Assembly (NCBI GenBank): GCA_963693365.1
Contig: CAVNZM010000007.1
Location: 9,669,962 to 9,733,961 of the forward strand
DNA: 64,000 nt
Direction: 5' to 3'
Source: Amoebidium appalachense
Lineage: Eukaryota > Protista > Ichthyosporea
Positions 45,610-59,969 of the stretch are shown here, piece by piece; the stretch's first letter is position 1, and every line of letters starts with the position of its first letter. The notes beneath the pieces were generated by a model. It was not told where the DNA came from. It saw only the letters and a list, made by a program, of their open reading frames with translations, and ran no database searches. Position numbers and translations under genes: made by a program.

Positions 45610-46350
45610 TTTGTTTTCCCTCTCTTCTTTTGGCTTTTTTTTGTCGGGGAGGGGGGAGGGGGGGGGAAGGGTCGGTTCTCCTGGCCTGTGTTGTGTGGCG
45701 GGGTTGTGTGGACACGATGGGCAGGCGTTGATACGGACGATGGGAGGACCGGGGGGGGGGGGGGGGGGGAGGGGGCGAGGGAGATGGGGAAGAGAATGAC
45801 TATGCTTTTTATATCTGTACCTCCCCATTGTTGAAGGGGGAGGGGAGGGGGGGGGGGGGGGGGGGGGGGAAGGCAAAACGACACTATACGACGGTCAAAA
45901 ACTACATCAGTAAGACATGTGGCTCGGATGAGGGTGGTTTGATGGGAGGTGAGGGGGGGGGGGGGGGGGGGGGGGGTTGGTGGTAATTGTGATGGTTAAA
46001 GGCTTGTGCTAAGAAGCGATACGAGTTGTTAGAAATGCAGGATAGTATTACACTTTTTGATGGCAACACAAGGACATAACTTGGAACGGCAGAGGTGGAG
46101 GTGCAGAGGTGGGGCTTTCTTTTTTTTTTTTTTTTTTTTTTTTTGGTTTTTGTGTGTGTGTGTGTGTGTTTGGGGGAGGGGGGGGGGAGTGAGCGCATGT
46201 GTGGGAGTGTGTGTGTGTGTGCGTTTCACGGAGAGAGGAGGAGGGGATGGGGGGAGGGAGGGGGCGGAGAAAGAGTGTGTGTGTGTGGTGTGAATGTGTG
46301 CATGTGTGTGGGTAAGCCACGAAAACAATCCCACAAACACCCGATAAGAA

Positions 46351-46404
<54 letters not shown>

Positions 46405-46652
46405 TTCCCACCTTCTTTTTGTTGAACACAGGCAGCACACGGCACTACGGATGCATACTGCGTGATTGAGGTGGGCAAAAAGAGCAAGCGCACTTCAGTG
46501 GTGGAAAAGACAATTAACCCAGAGTGGAACGAGGCTTTTGTCATCGATGCTGAAAAGTATGCACCCGAATATTCGACATGTAGGCTTTTTTTTGTGTGTG
46601 TGTGTGTGTGTGCGCGCGCGCGCGCGCGTGTGTGTGTGTTGTGTGTCGTGTG

Positions 46653-46694
<42 letters not shown>

Positions 46695-46814
46695 GGAGAA
46701 GAAGATTTGATGGTGTAGTGGGTGGGGAAGGGTGCACGGAAAAATGCGGTTTACTTCCACATACACCCATGTACACACATCTGTATTCCTCTCCCTCCCA
46801 CTCCCTCTATGTCT

Positions 46815-46847
<33 letters not shown>

Positions 46848-46960
46848 TCCCCCCCTCCTTTTTCCTGCTATCTCCTTCCTCTGCGATGCTCACACAGGCG
46901 CAACCCTACACATGCATGCACATGTGCGCGTGCGGGCACGCGGGCACACGCGCACGCACG

Positions 46961-47017
<57 letters not shown>

Positions 47018-48264
47018 CACATACACACGCAACACCCACACACCCGCATACACACACATACTCTCGCTCTTCGTCTTTCCCGCCCCTCCCTCCCCCTCCA
47101 TCCCTCCCCCCATCCCCCACTCTTCACCTTCCCACTTCACCCCTCACGTGGCTGGCCACCCAGGCACACAAACTCAAGCATACACACACACTCTCTCTCT
47201 TCCCCTCACCCCGTACCCCTTTCCTTTCTGTGCACCTTTGATACAATACCAAGGGGTGTTCCCGTGTCACGAACCAGCCAGCACTCCCTGAGCAATCACC
47301 CCATCCTACCCCATTACAGGGTTCACACCTAGTTGCCTTTTCAAGGAGTATTCGGTGGTCACTCTGGTGAATATTATGAGCAATCATGCTGCAATATTTA
47401 TGTGCTCGCCTCTTTCAGGCCGATTTGTGCCATCCGTTCTGTATCTTTCCCGCTCATGTTTGTAACTGGTATCCATTGGTTAATTTTTTTGTTTTCAGGG
47501 ACATCAAGACACGGGTCAAGATCAGTGTGTTTGATGTCAACGGGGAGACCTTTCTGGGCCAACTGCGGCTCGATTTCAACGACATTCCCACCGTGAAGGA
47601 GGGGGACCAGAGGTAAAATATTCCTGTAGAAATATTCGGACCCCCCCCCCCCCCCCAAAAAAAAAAAAAAAAAAAAAAAAAAAAACACCCCAAAACACCC
47701 CTCTCTCCCCTTCTTCTGCCCTAATTCTCTTCTTCCCCGTCCCCCTTAAACTACATCTCCTCTCCCGTTTCTTTCTCCAAGGTGTGTGTGGCACTCCGTG
47801 CACAGTGATGTCAGGGCTGGCTACTGTGGGACTGTGAGCAGCCTGCATGGGTTTGCTACGTGTGGGTGTGTGGCATCTTGGGGTAATTGAATGGGGTTAG
47901 GAAGATTCGTAGGGTGAATGTATCTAGAGATATAATGGAAGACGCAGTAAGAGATGTAGTACGAGATTGATTGGAAGATGATTTGCGAGATATGGTGGAA
48001 GATTGGCAGGGACATATACTCGAATTATGTTGTGATATACCACAGATATATTGTGATATACTGGAAGAATGATTGTGATACACCAGAAAATACATTGTGA
48101 CATACTGGAGATGTATTGTGATATACTGGAAGAATGATTGTGATAGACCGGAAGATACATTGTGATATACCGGAGAGATATTGGAAGATCAGGTGAAGAA
48201 CACCCCAGAGGAGGCCTTGGTGAACCTTGTGACATTGTTTCGATGCAAAAGAGGGGAGAACGGG

Positions 48265-48316
<52 letters not shown>

Positions 48317-48686
48317 GCTAGGTTGGGTGGTGAGGAGGTGTGGTGCTTTTTTTTTTTTTTGGACAACATATCTCCAGTGTACATTTATTTGTGTGTGTGG
48401 ATGGTTATTCCCTTCCGTTTTCATCGTCCAATTTTGTTTGTCTTCTCTTTTCGTCATGTGAAAGTGTTGCGTACTTATTGACACACTCATCTCAGCACGG
48501 CCAGTAAACTTGAGACGGAGAAGTGGCGGGATCTTGAGAAGAGGTCCATGCGGTCCAATGTGCGAGGCATGCTGCTGACCGATGTGTACTTCCTGGACCC
48601 CCCGGCTGCAAAGATAGAGAGGTCAGGCTCTAAGCGCACCACCATAACGAAAGCACCAAGGTAAGCCCGTCCCTCCCTCATCCCCC

Positions 48687-48735
<49 letters not shown>

Positions 48736-50384
48736 AAAAAAAAAAGGAAAAGGAAAAGAAATGGGGGAAAAAACACCTCCTGGGCAAGCCAAGAATGGAA
48801 CAGAGAACCAAAAAGAAAAGACAACCTGCCTCCCCCCCCCCCCCCCCCCCCCCCATCTCCCTCCCTCTCCTCCCTTGGCTCCTCCCCCTCCCCTCGCCCA
48901 GAGCACGAACGCAAACAGTGTCACGCACAAACACAGACATCTGTCGTTATCCATGTTTAAATCGGACCGTTTATGGGAAGCCTCTTAATAACACGTCTTG
49001 ATAAATGCATGTTTTTTTTTGTCTGTTTTTTTTTTTTTAACCTTTGCAGGCCACCATTCATATTTGACAACTACCTGCAACGTCCACCCCCTTTACCCAG
49101 ACAATTATTTTAGTCCTAGAATGCCCCTAACACTAAATTTACATAATCGTTCATTTGCTGCAGTAAGAAGGAGGTCGAGGATTTAACCCTGCCGCCTCTT
49201 AGCCCCAACCCAACGGGTGGTGCCCAGAAATCGTAAGTACCCCAATGCCTTTTGTAGACGGCCCATACACCACACGAAAAAGAAAAGTACCCAGAAATCA
49301 AAGCCTAATCGTCCAAGTGGTTATGTAGGCAGACAATATCGAGGTGGAGAAGTGGAGGACGCAAAGAAGGGGACGAGGGGGGAAGGGGGGGGGGGGGGGG
49401 AGGGAGGAGGAGGAGGGGGGTGGGGGTGGGGTTGTTGCTTGGGGTATGAGGGGGGAGTCCTGTCCCCTTGGTGTTTTTTTTTTCTTTTTTTTTTTTTTTT
49501 TTTTTGGGGGGGGGGGGTGTTTTGGTGGGTTTTGTGTAATCTCATCGTTTGGGCACGTGCAGGCAGTATCTACAATTGCAATTAGCACAGCCATGGGCAT
49601 GAATATAAACAAGTAGTGGATCAGTGTATGCATTGCAAGTAGTGTAAAGTGCAAGCAGTAAATGATAGGCAAGGCAAGCAGTATAGACAAGTGCAAGCAG
49701 TGTAGGCATAAGGGTGGGACCTGGGGCATAATAGGCAATAGGCGTGGTCGTGACATGCTTTGCTTTACCACAGGCCCGATTTGACGGACAAAACACGACT
49801 GGCGCAGTCACTGAATCGACCGTTATCTCTCCCGTCATCTCCAAGGTAACGGGGTGGGGTTGGTGTTACGTGTGTGGCGTGTTTGCGTGCCTGTGTGCCT
49901 GTGTGACTTTGTGTGCGCTCACATTCTCATATGTGCATTTGTGCCTGCATGGCGGTGTCCATATTTGCATATGTGTAGGGGAGTGTGCGTGCCCGTATGC
50001 TCGTTGGGAAGGTGAGTGCGGGGGTAAAAGGAACCTGGAAGAGTAATGTGGTGGTGGTTCCCATACGAATGCAAGAGGTTGTTTGTGTTTGTGGTTCTTT
50101 GGTTAGTTGGTGATTAAGGGGAGGGCGGAGTCGGAGATACGGAGCAGACCGCCCGCGGGGGGTGCGGAGGGGGGGGGGAGTTGGGTAGGGGGGAGGAGGG
50201 GCAATACTTCTAACTGCGCATACTGTGTCTTGCGCTGTATGTACTTTTCCCCCAACACCTGTCCACACAGAGACACCATAGATTCGCCCAGTGAACCAGT
50301 GAACTGTTCTGTTCTTCCTACCCTCCCCCCCCCCCCAAAAAAAAAATAAAAAATAAAAATAAAATAAACACCCACCCACACACA

Positions 50385-50456
<72 letters not shown>

Positions 50457-51704
50457 CACACGCACACGCACACGCACACGCACACGCACACGCACACGCA
50501 CACGCACACGCACACACGCACACACGCACACGCGCACACACACACACACTCACACAGCAAATGAATGAGAAATAAATATAAATATATCAACACACACACA
50601 CACTCGCAATGGGCACTGCTCAATGCTCCTACACTGCACACATCCCTCTTTCCCTTTCAATCTCTGTATGGCTGTTTTGTTTGTCCTATCAGATGTGCTT
50701 GGCTGCCACACGTGTTTTTGGTCCTCCTTTCTTATGTATTAATCCCCCCCCCCCCCCCCCAACCTACCCACCCCCTTTGCACAGGTTACGGTTTGGGCGT
50801 AGCGACAGTGTGTCGTCATTGGGGTCTAGAGGCTCAAACGGAGATGAGGATGAAACACTCCCGGTACGATCCCCCCCCCCCCCCCCCCCTTCCCTGCCTC
50901 CCCTGAACGACACACCCTGCCTACTTTCCCTCCCCTGTCGTAGCACATAGATAAACAAACATACACATGAACTCCCTATGATGCGTATTAATGAGCAAAC
51001 GAATAAGGATGCGGACTGGTGTGAGTGCGGTATTGCTATCGTAAGGGACACTCCTACACATGCGAACGGAGAGAGTGTGCTTGGGCCGTCTAGGTGGGTG
51101 GGGAAAGGGCCAGAGGGGATGCTTTTTGTGTGTGAATTGATGTGTGTGTGTGTGTGTTGGGGGGGAGGGGGGGAGGGGGGGGGCATACTGAAGTGGGCAG
51201 CTCACCCTGCCCCACTGTGCACAGGTCTCCACTGCACCGCCCAAACTGTGCATTTGCGCAAAAATTATCGAGGCCAGGGACCTGCCCCAGTTTCCTGCGG
51301 CCATCCAGCCCCGCACATATGCAAGTGTGTCCGTCAACGAGCATAAGGTCCGTCTGTCCCCGTGCACTCGAGAACCAACCCTCCCCCCCCCCCCCCCCCC
51401 CCCCCCCTTCCTCACCCCGCCAGTCCCCTCGGCAAATCGTTCTTTTATCTTCATTTCCTTCCCCTCGTTGTATTTTGTCCTTCGATGTCTCCTCCTCCAT
51501 ATTTCCAACCCTCTAGTGCGTACATCAAACCCCCCCCCCCCCCCCCCCCTCCTTCCCCCCAAACCACCACCACCGCCAGCCTACCACCACCACCTTTGTT
51601 CCCCTTAATGTCTTCTGGTAAGAAACCCAGATGATGGGGGCCCATGTGTGTGTGTGTGGGGGGGGGTGTGTTGATATGTGTGGTTGGGGAAATGAGGGAT
51701 GGAG

Positions 51705-51738
<34 letters not shown>

Positions 51739-53320
51739 TGGAGGGGGAGGGGAGGGGGCAGGGTGTGGCTAAGCGGGGCAGGTAACTGACAGGGTGGGAG
51801 TGTTGCAGTCGAAGACAAAGGCTGTGGGGGAGAGGCAGGAGTATGGGGGGATGTCCCATTCGGCCCCCAAGTGGGCTGAGACCATCATACTGCCCGTCAC
51901 GGTGGGTTCCCCCCCCCCCCCCCCCCTCCCCCCTCCACAAAAAAATAATAAATAAAAAAAAAAGTGCAGGCATGCATGTGCACATACACACGCGCACACA
52001 TGCTCATACACACGAACACACGGTTGCACGGTCCATTGGACGCGCACGTACACGCGCACACACGCAGACATGCATGTGTATGCACACACAAGGCCAAAAA
52101 ACATCAATGCCCACAAGTGCGCCCACACACACAGTAACACACATTCTCTTCCTTTCCCTCACATGCCAACTTTACCATCTTAACTGCAACCTTTAATCTG
52201 GCAACCAAAAATATGGGTGCATGCATCTGCATTTGTTCCTCTTCGGTTTCCTTGTTTCTTCACTTCTACCGATCACCGATGCTTCCCTTTCTTCTCGTGA
52301 TGGTTCTTTTTTTCTGAACCCATGTCTCCCTCTGTGTACTTTGCTCATGCAGCACAGTACTGGTCAGATGTGAACTTCTAAGCCCTCCCCCCTCCCCCCC
52401 TCCCCCCTCCTCCTCCTCCTCCTCCTCCACCCCCCAACACATACACTCACACACTCACACACATTATCACACATATACCTAGACATTCACACACTCACAT
52501 CCCCCCCTCCCCCCCCCAAACACACACACAAACACACACACACTCATAAGCACGTGCACATTCACACTTGCACAAAATTGTTTTTGTTTCTGTTCTAAGA
52601 ACTCCTGGCGTGTCTTTTTCAATCCCGCCTGCCCACCCGTTTTTCTTGTCATAGATACTGATACTATTCCCTTCTAGGACGTAAACGACAATGTCGACAT
52701 CAAGGTGTACACGACCATCACCTCGCACATCCTCAGCTCCATGGACAATGTGGTGGGCAAGATCAGGTTCCCCCTGGCCTATGTGCCCTACTGCGAAGAC
52801 GGCTTGGATGATTGTCCGTACCCCCCCCCCCCCCCCCCCCCCCTGTGCTCACCCCCTCCCCCTCCCCCTTCCCCCCCTCCCCCTGTGGTTACCCCCTCCC
52901 CCCCCCCCCCCCCTCCCTCCCCTTCTCTATAGGTTAGGGTGTCGGGGAGCTTTGTAGAAGCCCGGCTTATGCTCCATCTCTCTGCTTGCTTTCTTTGTTT
53001 TTTTTGTCTGCTTGCAGATTTTGTAGACTCTGCGTTCTTAGATTGCTGCTCCTTGAACAACCCTGCTCGTCTTTGGCCAAGACGGGTGGACTCGCCTATT
53101 GCTGTTGAAACAAAGTATGGGTTGGGAACCACGCGCGAGAGGTTAAAGAGTCGAAACCCATGCTTTTGTGGAGGCATAGGAACCCCCCTGATGATGGGCT
53201 CTGTTCAAGTGTCTTCTGCCTGCATGCTTAAATTGTTTGATTTTGGATTTCCCACTTTTGTGACGCTTTGTTGTTGCTCTTTGTTGTCTCCTCCATATTT
53301 CCAACCCTCTAACGCATACA

Positions 53321-53355
<35 letters not shown>

Positions 53356-54052
53356 AACTCCCTCTTCCTTTTCCTTCTTTCCCCCTGTGCTCACCCCCCC
53401 CCCCCCCCCCCCACCCCGGACCCCCTCTCCCTTTTCCTTCTTTCCCCCTTTGCCCCCCCTCCCCCCCCCCCCCCCCCCCCCCCGGGACCCCCTCTCCCTT
53501 TTCCTTCTTTCCCCCTGTGCACCCCCCCCCCCCCCCCCCCCCCGAACTCCCTTCCTTTTCCTTCTTTCCCCCTGTGCTCACCCCCCCCCTCCCCCCCCCC
53601 CCCCACCCCGGACCCCCTCTCCCTTTTCCTTCTTTCCCCCTTTGCCCCCCCTCCCCCCCCCCCCCCCCCCCCCCCCCCGGGACCCCCTCTCCCTTTTCCT
53701 TCTTTCCCCCTGTGCTCCCCCCCCCCCCCCCCCCCCCCCCCGACCCCCTCTCCCTTTTCCTTCTTTCCCCCTGTGCTCCCCCCCCCCCCCCCCCGACCCC
53801 CTCTCCCTTTTCCTTCTCTCCCCCTGTGCTCATCCCCCTCTCCCCATTGGCTACCCCCAACCTCCACGCACGGAGACTCATGCACTCAATTGCACCCCAC
53901 TCCACCCCAGGAACATTCAGTATTATTAAAGTGAAAAATTCCCCTCTGTTCTCAATAGGCGAGATAACCACTGTGTCTGATCCTCTCATGCCCACACATC
54001 AATATGACGCCATCGCATGGTTCACTTTGATTCTCTGACTTCCACTTTTCAC

Positions 54053-54108
<56 letters not shown>

Positions 54109-55865
54109 GTCCCCATATACACGAGATTTCACAACTAGTCCTCATGATGAATGACAAAGGTGTGGTGGGTTGCAGCTGTGCTAGACGACAACAAGACAAA
54201 TTCTTTCAATCTGGATAGTGGCGATGCTGGTGGAAAGGTGGGTGCTATGTCCACATATCAGTCTGTTACATGATCCTTTTTTCCCGTTCTTCTTTTGTTT
54301 TCGACGAAAATGCTTTGTCTTGTTGGTACTTTAATTAAGGGCGCTGGATCTGTGGGCTCTGGAATTATTTGAGCGCCATCGCTATAAGTAACAGAAGTCC
54401 CTGATCTATGGCCAATCGCAATCTAGAATTTGACTGGATCAATTTTCGTGGCTCACGGATTACGTAATCATCAACCTTTGGCCCAATCGGGCAAAACACG
54501 AAATCACCCTGAGTAACCGTTTTTGAGCCACTGGCATGATCCTCCACGCGCAGATTTCGGTACTTTTCACTATAAACCCCCCTTGAAAATTGGCAGAAAC
54601 TTTTTTTGCACTAATTCAAACCTTTACTCAGAGCCGTTTTGTTCGCCTATGATTCTAAGTGTATTAGGGAAGCATAGGTAATACTCGGAGGCGAACAAAA
54701 CGGCTTTCAGTAAACCTTTATCCTAACGGGAAAACCACTTCTGCCAGTTTTCAGGAGGGGTTTACTAGTGAAAAGTGCCCAAGTCTGCGCGTGGGGGACC
54801 AAGCAAAAGCGGACACACGGGAGTTGTTTCGTAGTTTGAGCGATTGGAGCAAGTTCACATGTTACATAATCTGGTGAGCCACTCGATCATTAACGTAGCG
54901 GTTGATTGCTGATCAGATCATTCATTAGCCATATAGCAACCACGCTCAGATAGTACGCAAGCCCCACAGATCCGGCGCCCTTAATCTTCCCTTTTTTTCC
55001 CTTCTGCACCCACCCCCTTAGGCCTCCCCTGAAGATGGACTCTGAGAGTCTGTTTGTTTTGCATACTGCGCGCGTTGCTGATGTTGCATGCTTGAATGTT
55101 TGCTTTTGCCTAGCCTGTGTCCTGCACCGTGTTTCTCATCCTGTACTTGTGCTTCGTACAGTGTTCCGCATTCGAATCCCCTTACCCCCCCCCCCCCCCC
55201 CCCACCACCACCACCACCCACCAACCCACCCGCCCACCCACCCGCCCACCAGCCACCACCACTACAAGCACAGACACACACTCGTCAGCATTCTCCGGCT
55301 CAAGATTCTCAAGTGCTCTACATCACATGCTGCTAAATGTGGAGTACTAATATTACTTGCTTTTATTATCTTGCTGTTGGTTTCTTTGCTGTGTGTATGT
55401 CACAACTAAATTTATGTACCACACCGCCACATACCCCGTGTAACCTGACCATGCTCTGTCTTGTAGTCTACAGATGTGATACCACAGCCTCTTAGCCAAG
55501 GGGAGCTACGGATGGCCGGCAACCGGCCAGCCAAGTTTTGGCTCAAACTGGACAAGCCGAAGAAGAGACTGCCACTGCCCTTGAAGACGGGTGGAGGCAG
55601 GGGTCAGGTGGGTCATTACGGCTATGCAGCTGATGTGTTACTCCTTGTTTTTCCTTTACTTTGTTGTGGAGGTGTGTGTTTTGTGCTGAACTATGGTGTG
55701 AATGTGTGTCTGTGCGCGTGGAGGGAGGGAGGGGGGGGGGGGGGGGGGGGGGAGAAGGGGATGAATTGGTATGTTGGAAGAGACTGTGGAGATGTCCAGA
55801 GGAGAAGCAACATTCAAGGGATAGAAACGAACAGCTAGCGCGGTTGTGTTGGTTGTTGTTGTTGG

Positions 55866-55909
<44 letters not shown>

Positions 55910-57118
55910 GTTGATGTTCCACATTGAAGTTGCCGGCAGCAGTCATTTTGAGCTTTTGTGTGTGTTTTAGTGTGCGTGTGTGCTGTGTGTGCGTTCATTC
56001 TTTGGTGTATTTGTGCCTGCGTGCCTTTATATCGCTTTCTTCCATGTGCCGACCCATGTTCCTGGGACCCCATTCATTAGCCCCACGTCGATTTCCTTAC
56101 AGCTACGGTTAGCCAACACTTGTTATCTCTTTGTCTGACATCTCCCTGTGTGCAGTTATGCTTGGTGCTGGCCCTCATACCGGCACCAGATGAACTGGAT
56201 CTGACAGGCGAGGATGAAGACGCTGGGGATCCGGATGGGGTATGTGTGATTGTTAGGGCCTGATGGTTTGTGTGATTGTTAAGGCCTGATGGGGTACGTG
56301 TAATCTTAAGTCCTGATGGAGTGTGTGTGATTGTTAAGACGCTGTGGATCCTAATGCAGTGTGTGTTTGTTGAAACAGTGATGGGGTATGTGTGATTGTT
56401 AAGACCCAGATGGGGTTATGTGATTGTTGGGGAAGGGGGAAAGATGAAAATATGTTGACATGCTAAGCACAGGCAGAATGCCTGGCGAATACACATCCAG
56501 GGGTGAACCCATCACTGCACGCAAAGAAACCAGACTCACAGCATTTACTATCAATGTCGCGGACAGAGACAAAGTATTGCATACCCGCACACGTGCATGT
56601 TCGATGTGCACGCTCGTGTGCATGCGCGTGCACGTGCACACACACATACACATACACACTTGCGCACGCGGGCACACACATGCCATACACTTGCCCGCAA
56701 ACGACACACCAGTGGGCACGCGCACCCACAGAGAGAGATGGGGAGGGAGGGAGGGAGAACAAGCGAGAGAGGGAGAGAGCGAGTGTATCAATATACGTTT
56801 CCATACATATGCATGTATCAAGGGATAGGGGGGAGGGGGGAGGGGGGGAAATAGATTTTGCATATAGTTCTACTGTATTGATTCGGACCATTCCCATACA
56901 GGCCAGTCCAATGGCACTGCCCCAACCGTACCAATGGAACCTGATCGAGGAAGAGATGCCATGCAGTGCCACAAAACTGCACAGCACAATCTTTGCAAAT
57001 GGTAACAACCCCTTCCTTCCCCTCCCCCTCCCCCTCGCCTTACCCCTCTCCCCCCCCCCCCCCCCCCCCCTCTCCCCTCCCCCCCTCCCCCCCCTCCCCC
57101 CTCCCCCCTCCCCCCCCC

Positions 57119-57151
<33 letters not shown>

Positions 57152-57524
57152 GGCCGCCTTTCCCCCCCCCTCCCTCCCTCCCTCCCTCCGTCCGATTTCT
57201 CCTGAAAGGAAGGGAGTAGTACGTAGCTTGACATGCATTCTCTCTCTCTCTCGCTCCCTGTCTCCATATTCTTTTTCTTGCGATTCCCTTGGGTGATGCC
57301 GTGGCGCCTCATGTGTCGATGCCTTGTCTAGATTGTGTAGAAGAATGCAAGAGAGAAGTAGACTAATCGGTATGGGTTGCTAACTGTGTTGTTGTTGTCT
57401 GTCGGCAGAATCATCATTCCTGATGAAATTCTTCCACTCACGAAACTACAAAGACATTGAAATTGGAACCTGGGCCCCACCACTGGTAAGCTTGATTGTA
57501 CACCCTACTTAACCCCCCCCCCCC

Positions 57525-57555
<31 letters not shown>

Positions 57556-57697
57556 CCCCCCCCCCCCCCCCCCCCCCGCTTGCCCTTCTCCCCCTTCCAC
57601 CCCCTGGTTATTCTTTGTGTGGGGCTTTGCAAAATCTCCTTCGTGTTGCTCGTTGTTAATGTGTCCTTCGTACCTCTTTAATGCACTTGAATTTCAA

Positions 57698-57730
<33 letters not shown>

Positions 57731-58246
57731 TCCTCCTCCTCTCCCCGTCCCCAACCCCCTTTTTTGGTTCCTTGCAGACCCAGGTGCATCCCCCAAATCT
57801 TAAACACTCTGTGCATTATGTGGAACCAAACACATACATGGATGTGCACAGTGTGTGCAGAAACTGATGGCAGAATACACTGGCTTGCGATTGAATGCTG
57901 GTGCATGCCGATCATACGATGCAACAACAGAGTTGAGCGGCTTGAGACCTAGAGCCAAAGGGGTGGTGGGGAAAGGGAAAGTGTGTATATGACAAATATG
58001 CTAGGCTTTAGATGGAATTTAAGATTAGCAGCAGGGCGATAGTGCATGCACACACATGTCCTCACTCACACACCAGCCACACACCCATGTACCCCCCCCT
58101 CCCCCCCCTCCCCTCCCAAACACACACCCACGCGCACAAATTCATTCTAGCATACCTTGAACGCTTATGCACATGAGCACGCTGCACATACATACAAGCA
58201 CACATACTAGCTTACACACAGGCACAGGAGCTTACCCTGTTAAGGC

Positions 58247-58296
<50 letters not shown>

Positions 58297-58361
58297 GGCA
58301 CGCACGCACACACACACACACACAGATCACATATGCCCGCCTGCGCGCGTGCGCACACACG

Positions 58362-58418
<57 letters not shown>

Positions 58419-58421
58419 ACA

Positions 58422-58457
<36 letters not shown>

Positions 58458-58800
58458 ACACACACACACACACACACCTACCTACACCTCATTCACTCTC
58501 ACCACTAACACACCACACATATAGGCGGGGGGTTCTCTTGCAGCCGGGCCCAGCACTGGCACTGTGCCAGCAACCAATGGGGTCCCAGCAGCACCCACAC
58601 CACCCACTGGGGTGCTCCCAACCAGCCAATCATCTGGGGCGGTGGCCGGGGTCCCCAAGGGCCACGTGAGGATTGTCAAATACGTCATGCCTCCAAGCTC
58701 AATTGTCAAGGCTGCATCGGTACGTGCTTGGCCCCTCCTCCCCCCCACCCATCACACACACACACATACACACACACACACACATACACACACACACGCG

Positions 58801-58843
<43 letters not shown>

Positions 58844-59926
58844 CTTTCCAGTCACCACCATCACAACATGCAATTACATGTTCCCTGCACCATCCCGCCC
58901 TGCCTGTGTTGCCTTTAGTCCCCCCCCCCCCCCTTTATCAATTAGAGCTCTATACTCGTCCAGATTAATATTAAATTACAAATGATAAAAGTTTTTCATA
59001 CATTTGGGCCAGTATACTTAATTGGGATGTGCTGGCAGGCAACGGAGACACAAGTCTGCCAGGTGGTTGAGCCCGGTGGCTCTGTGATCGATGTGACAAC
59101 AGAGACCCCAGATGTGCCGTTTGGTAAGTCATGTGCTAACTCACCTTTGCTCGAGCTGTGTTTGTGTTTATGCAGTAGTGTTGATCACACTGGAATGCAA
59201 CACCGTGTGATTCTTGTAACCTCGCCGGCATAACTGGAACACACAACCTGTAAGCATAATCCCGTCCAAGGCTGTGTGAATGTTGTTGTTGACTTTTGCC
59301 ACCTGATGTGCTTCTTGTCGACGTGTCTGTGTCTTTGACGTTTACTTGGCTCGGTGCATCTATAATGTTAGTGATGGATAAATCATGCTCTTTTCCATGG
59401 ATGATGGCTAGGTGGGACATATGAAGTCAAAGCATGAGCCACAATGTTTGCCCTGAAAACGGCCTCCAATCAGAACAAGGCAGAATTTACGATACGATTG
59501 GATTTTGGTCTGAATTTTTTCTCCTGGCCGGCGCACGGGAATCTGAGCGAAGCAGAATTAACTTCATATTGAACCGCGGCGTATTGGAAAGGCCTCTCTT
59601 TGTTCTGATTGGAGGCCGTATTCAGTGCAAGCAATGTAGCGCTAGTGCTGATGGTGGGGGTGGGTGCATGCAGGCACATCATTTCAGACCAAGGTGCAGA
59701 TCTGCATCAACCGTGTGGACGGCAAGAGGTGCATTCTGAGGGTCACGGCAATGTGCCACTTCCTCAAGAGCTCCATGATGCGGGGGGCAATAGAAAAAGG
59801 TTTGCCCCCCATGATGACCAAGTGGCAATATCGCCTGTATTGTTGTGGTAGTTGTTGTTCTGCAGATGGAGACAAGCTCCACAGATCAATTGACACACGC
59901 CACACACATGCCTGCGCACGCACGCA

Positions 59927-59969
<43 letters not shown>

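Noticed and set aside
53113-53140. Resemblance of AGTATGGGTTGGGAACCACGCGCGA to the 5S rRNA box C region (SINE3-like)
   Set aside because: Too short and gapped; no box A or remaining 5S sequence.
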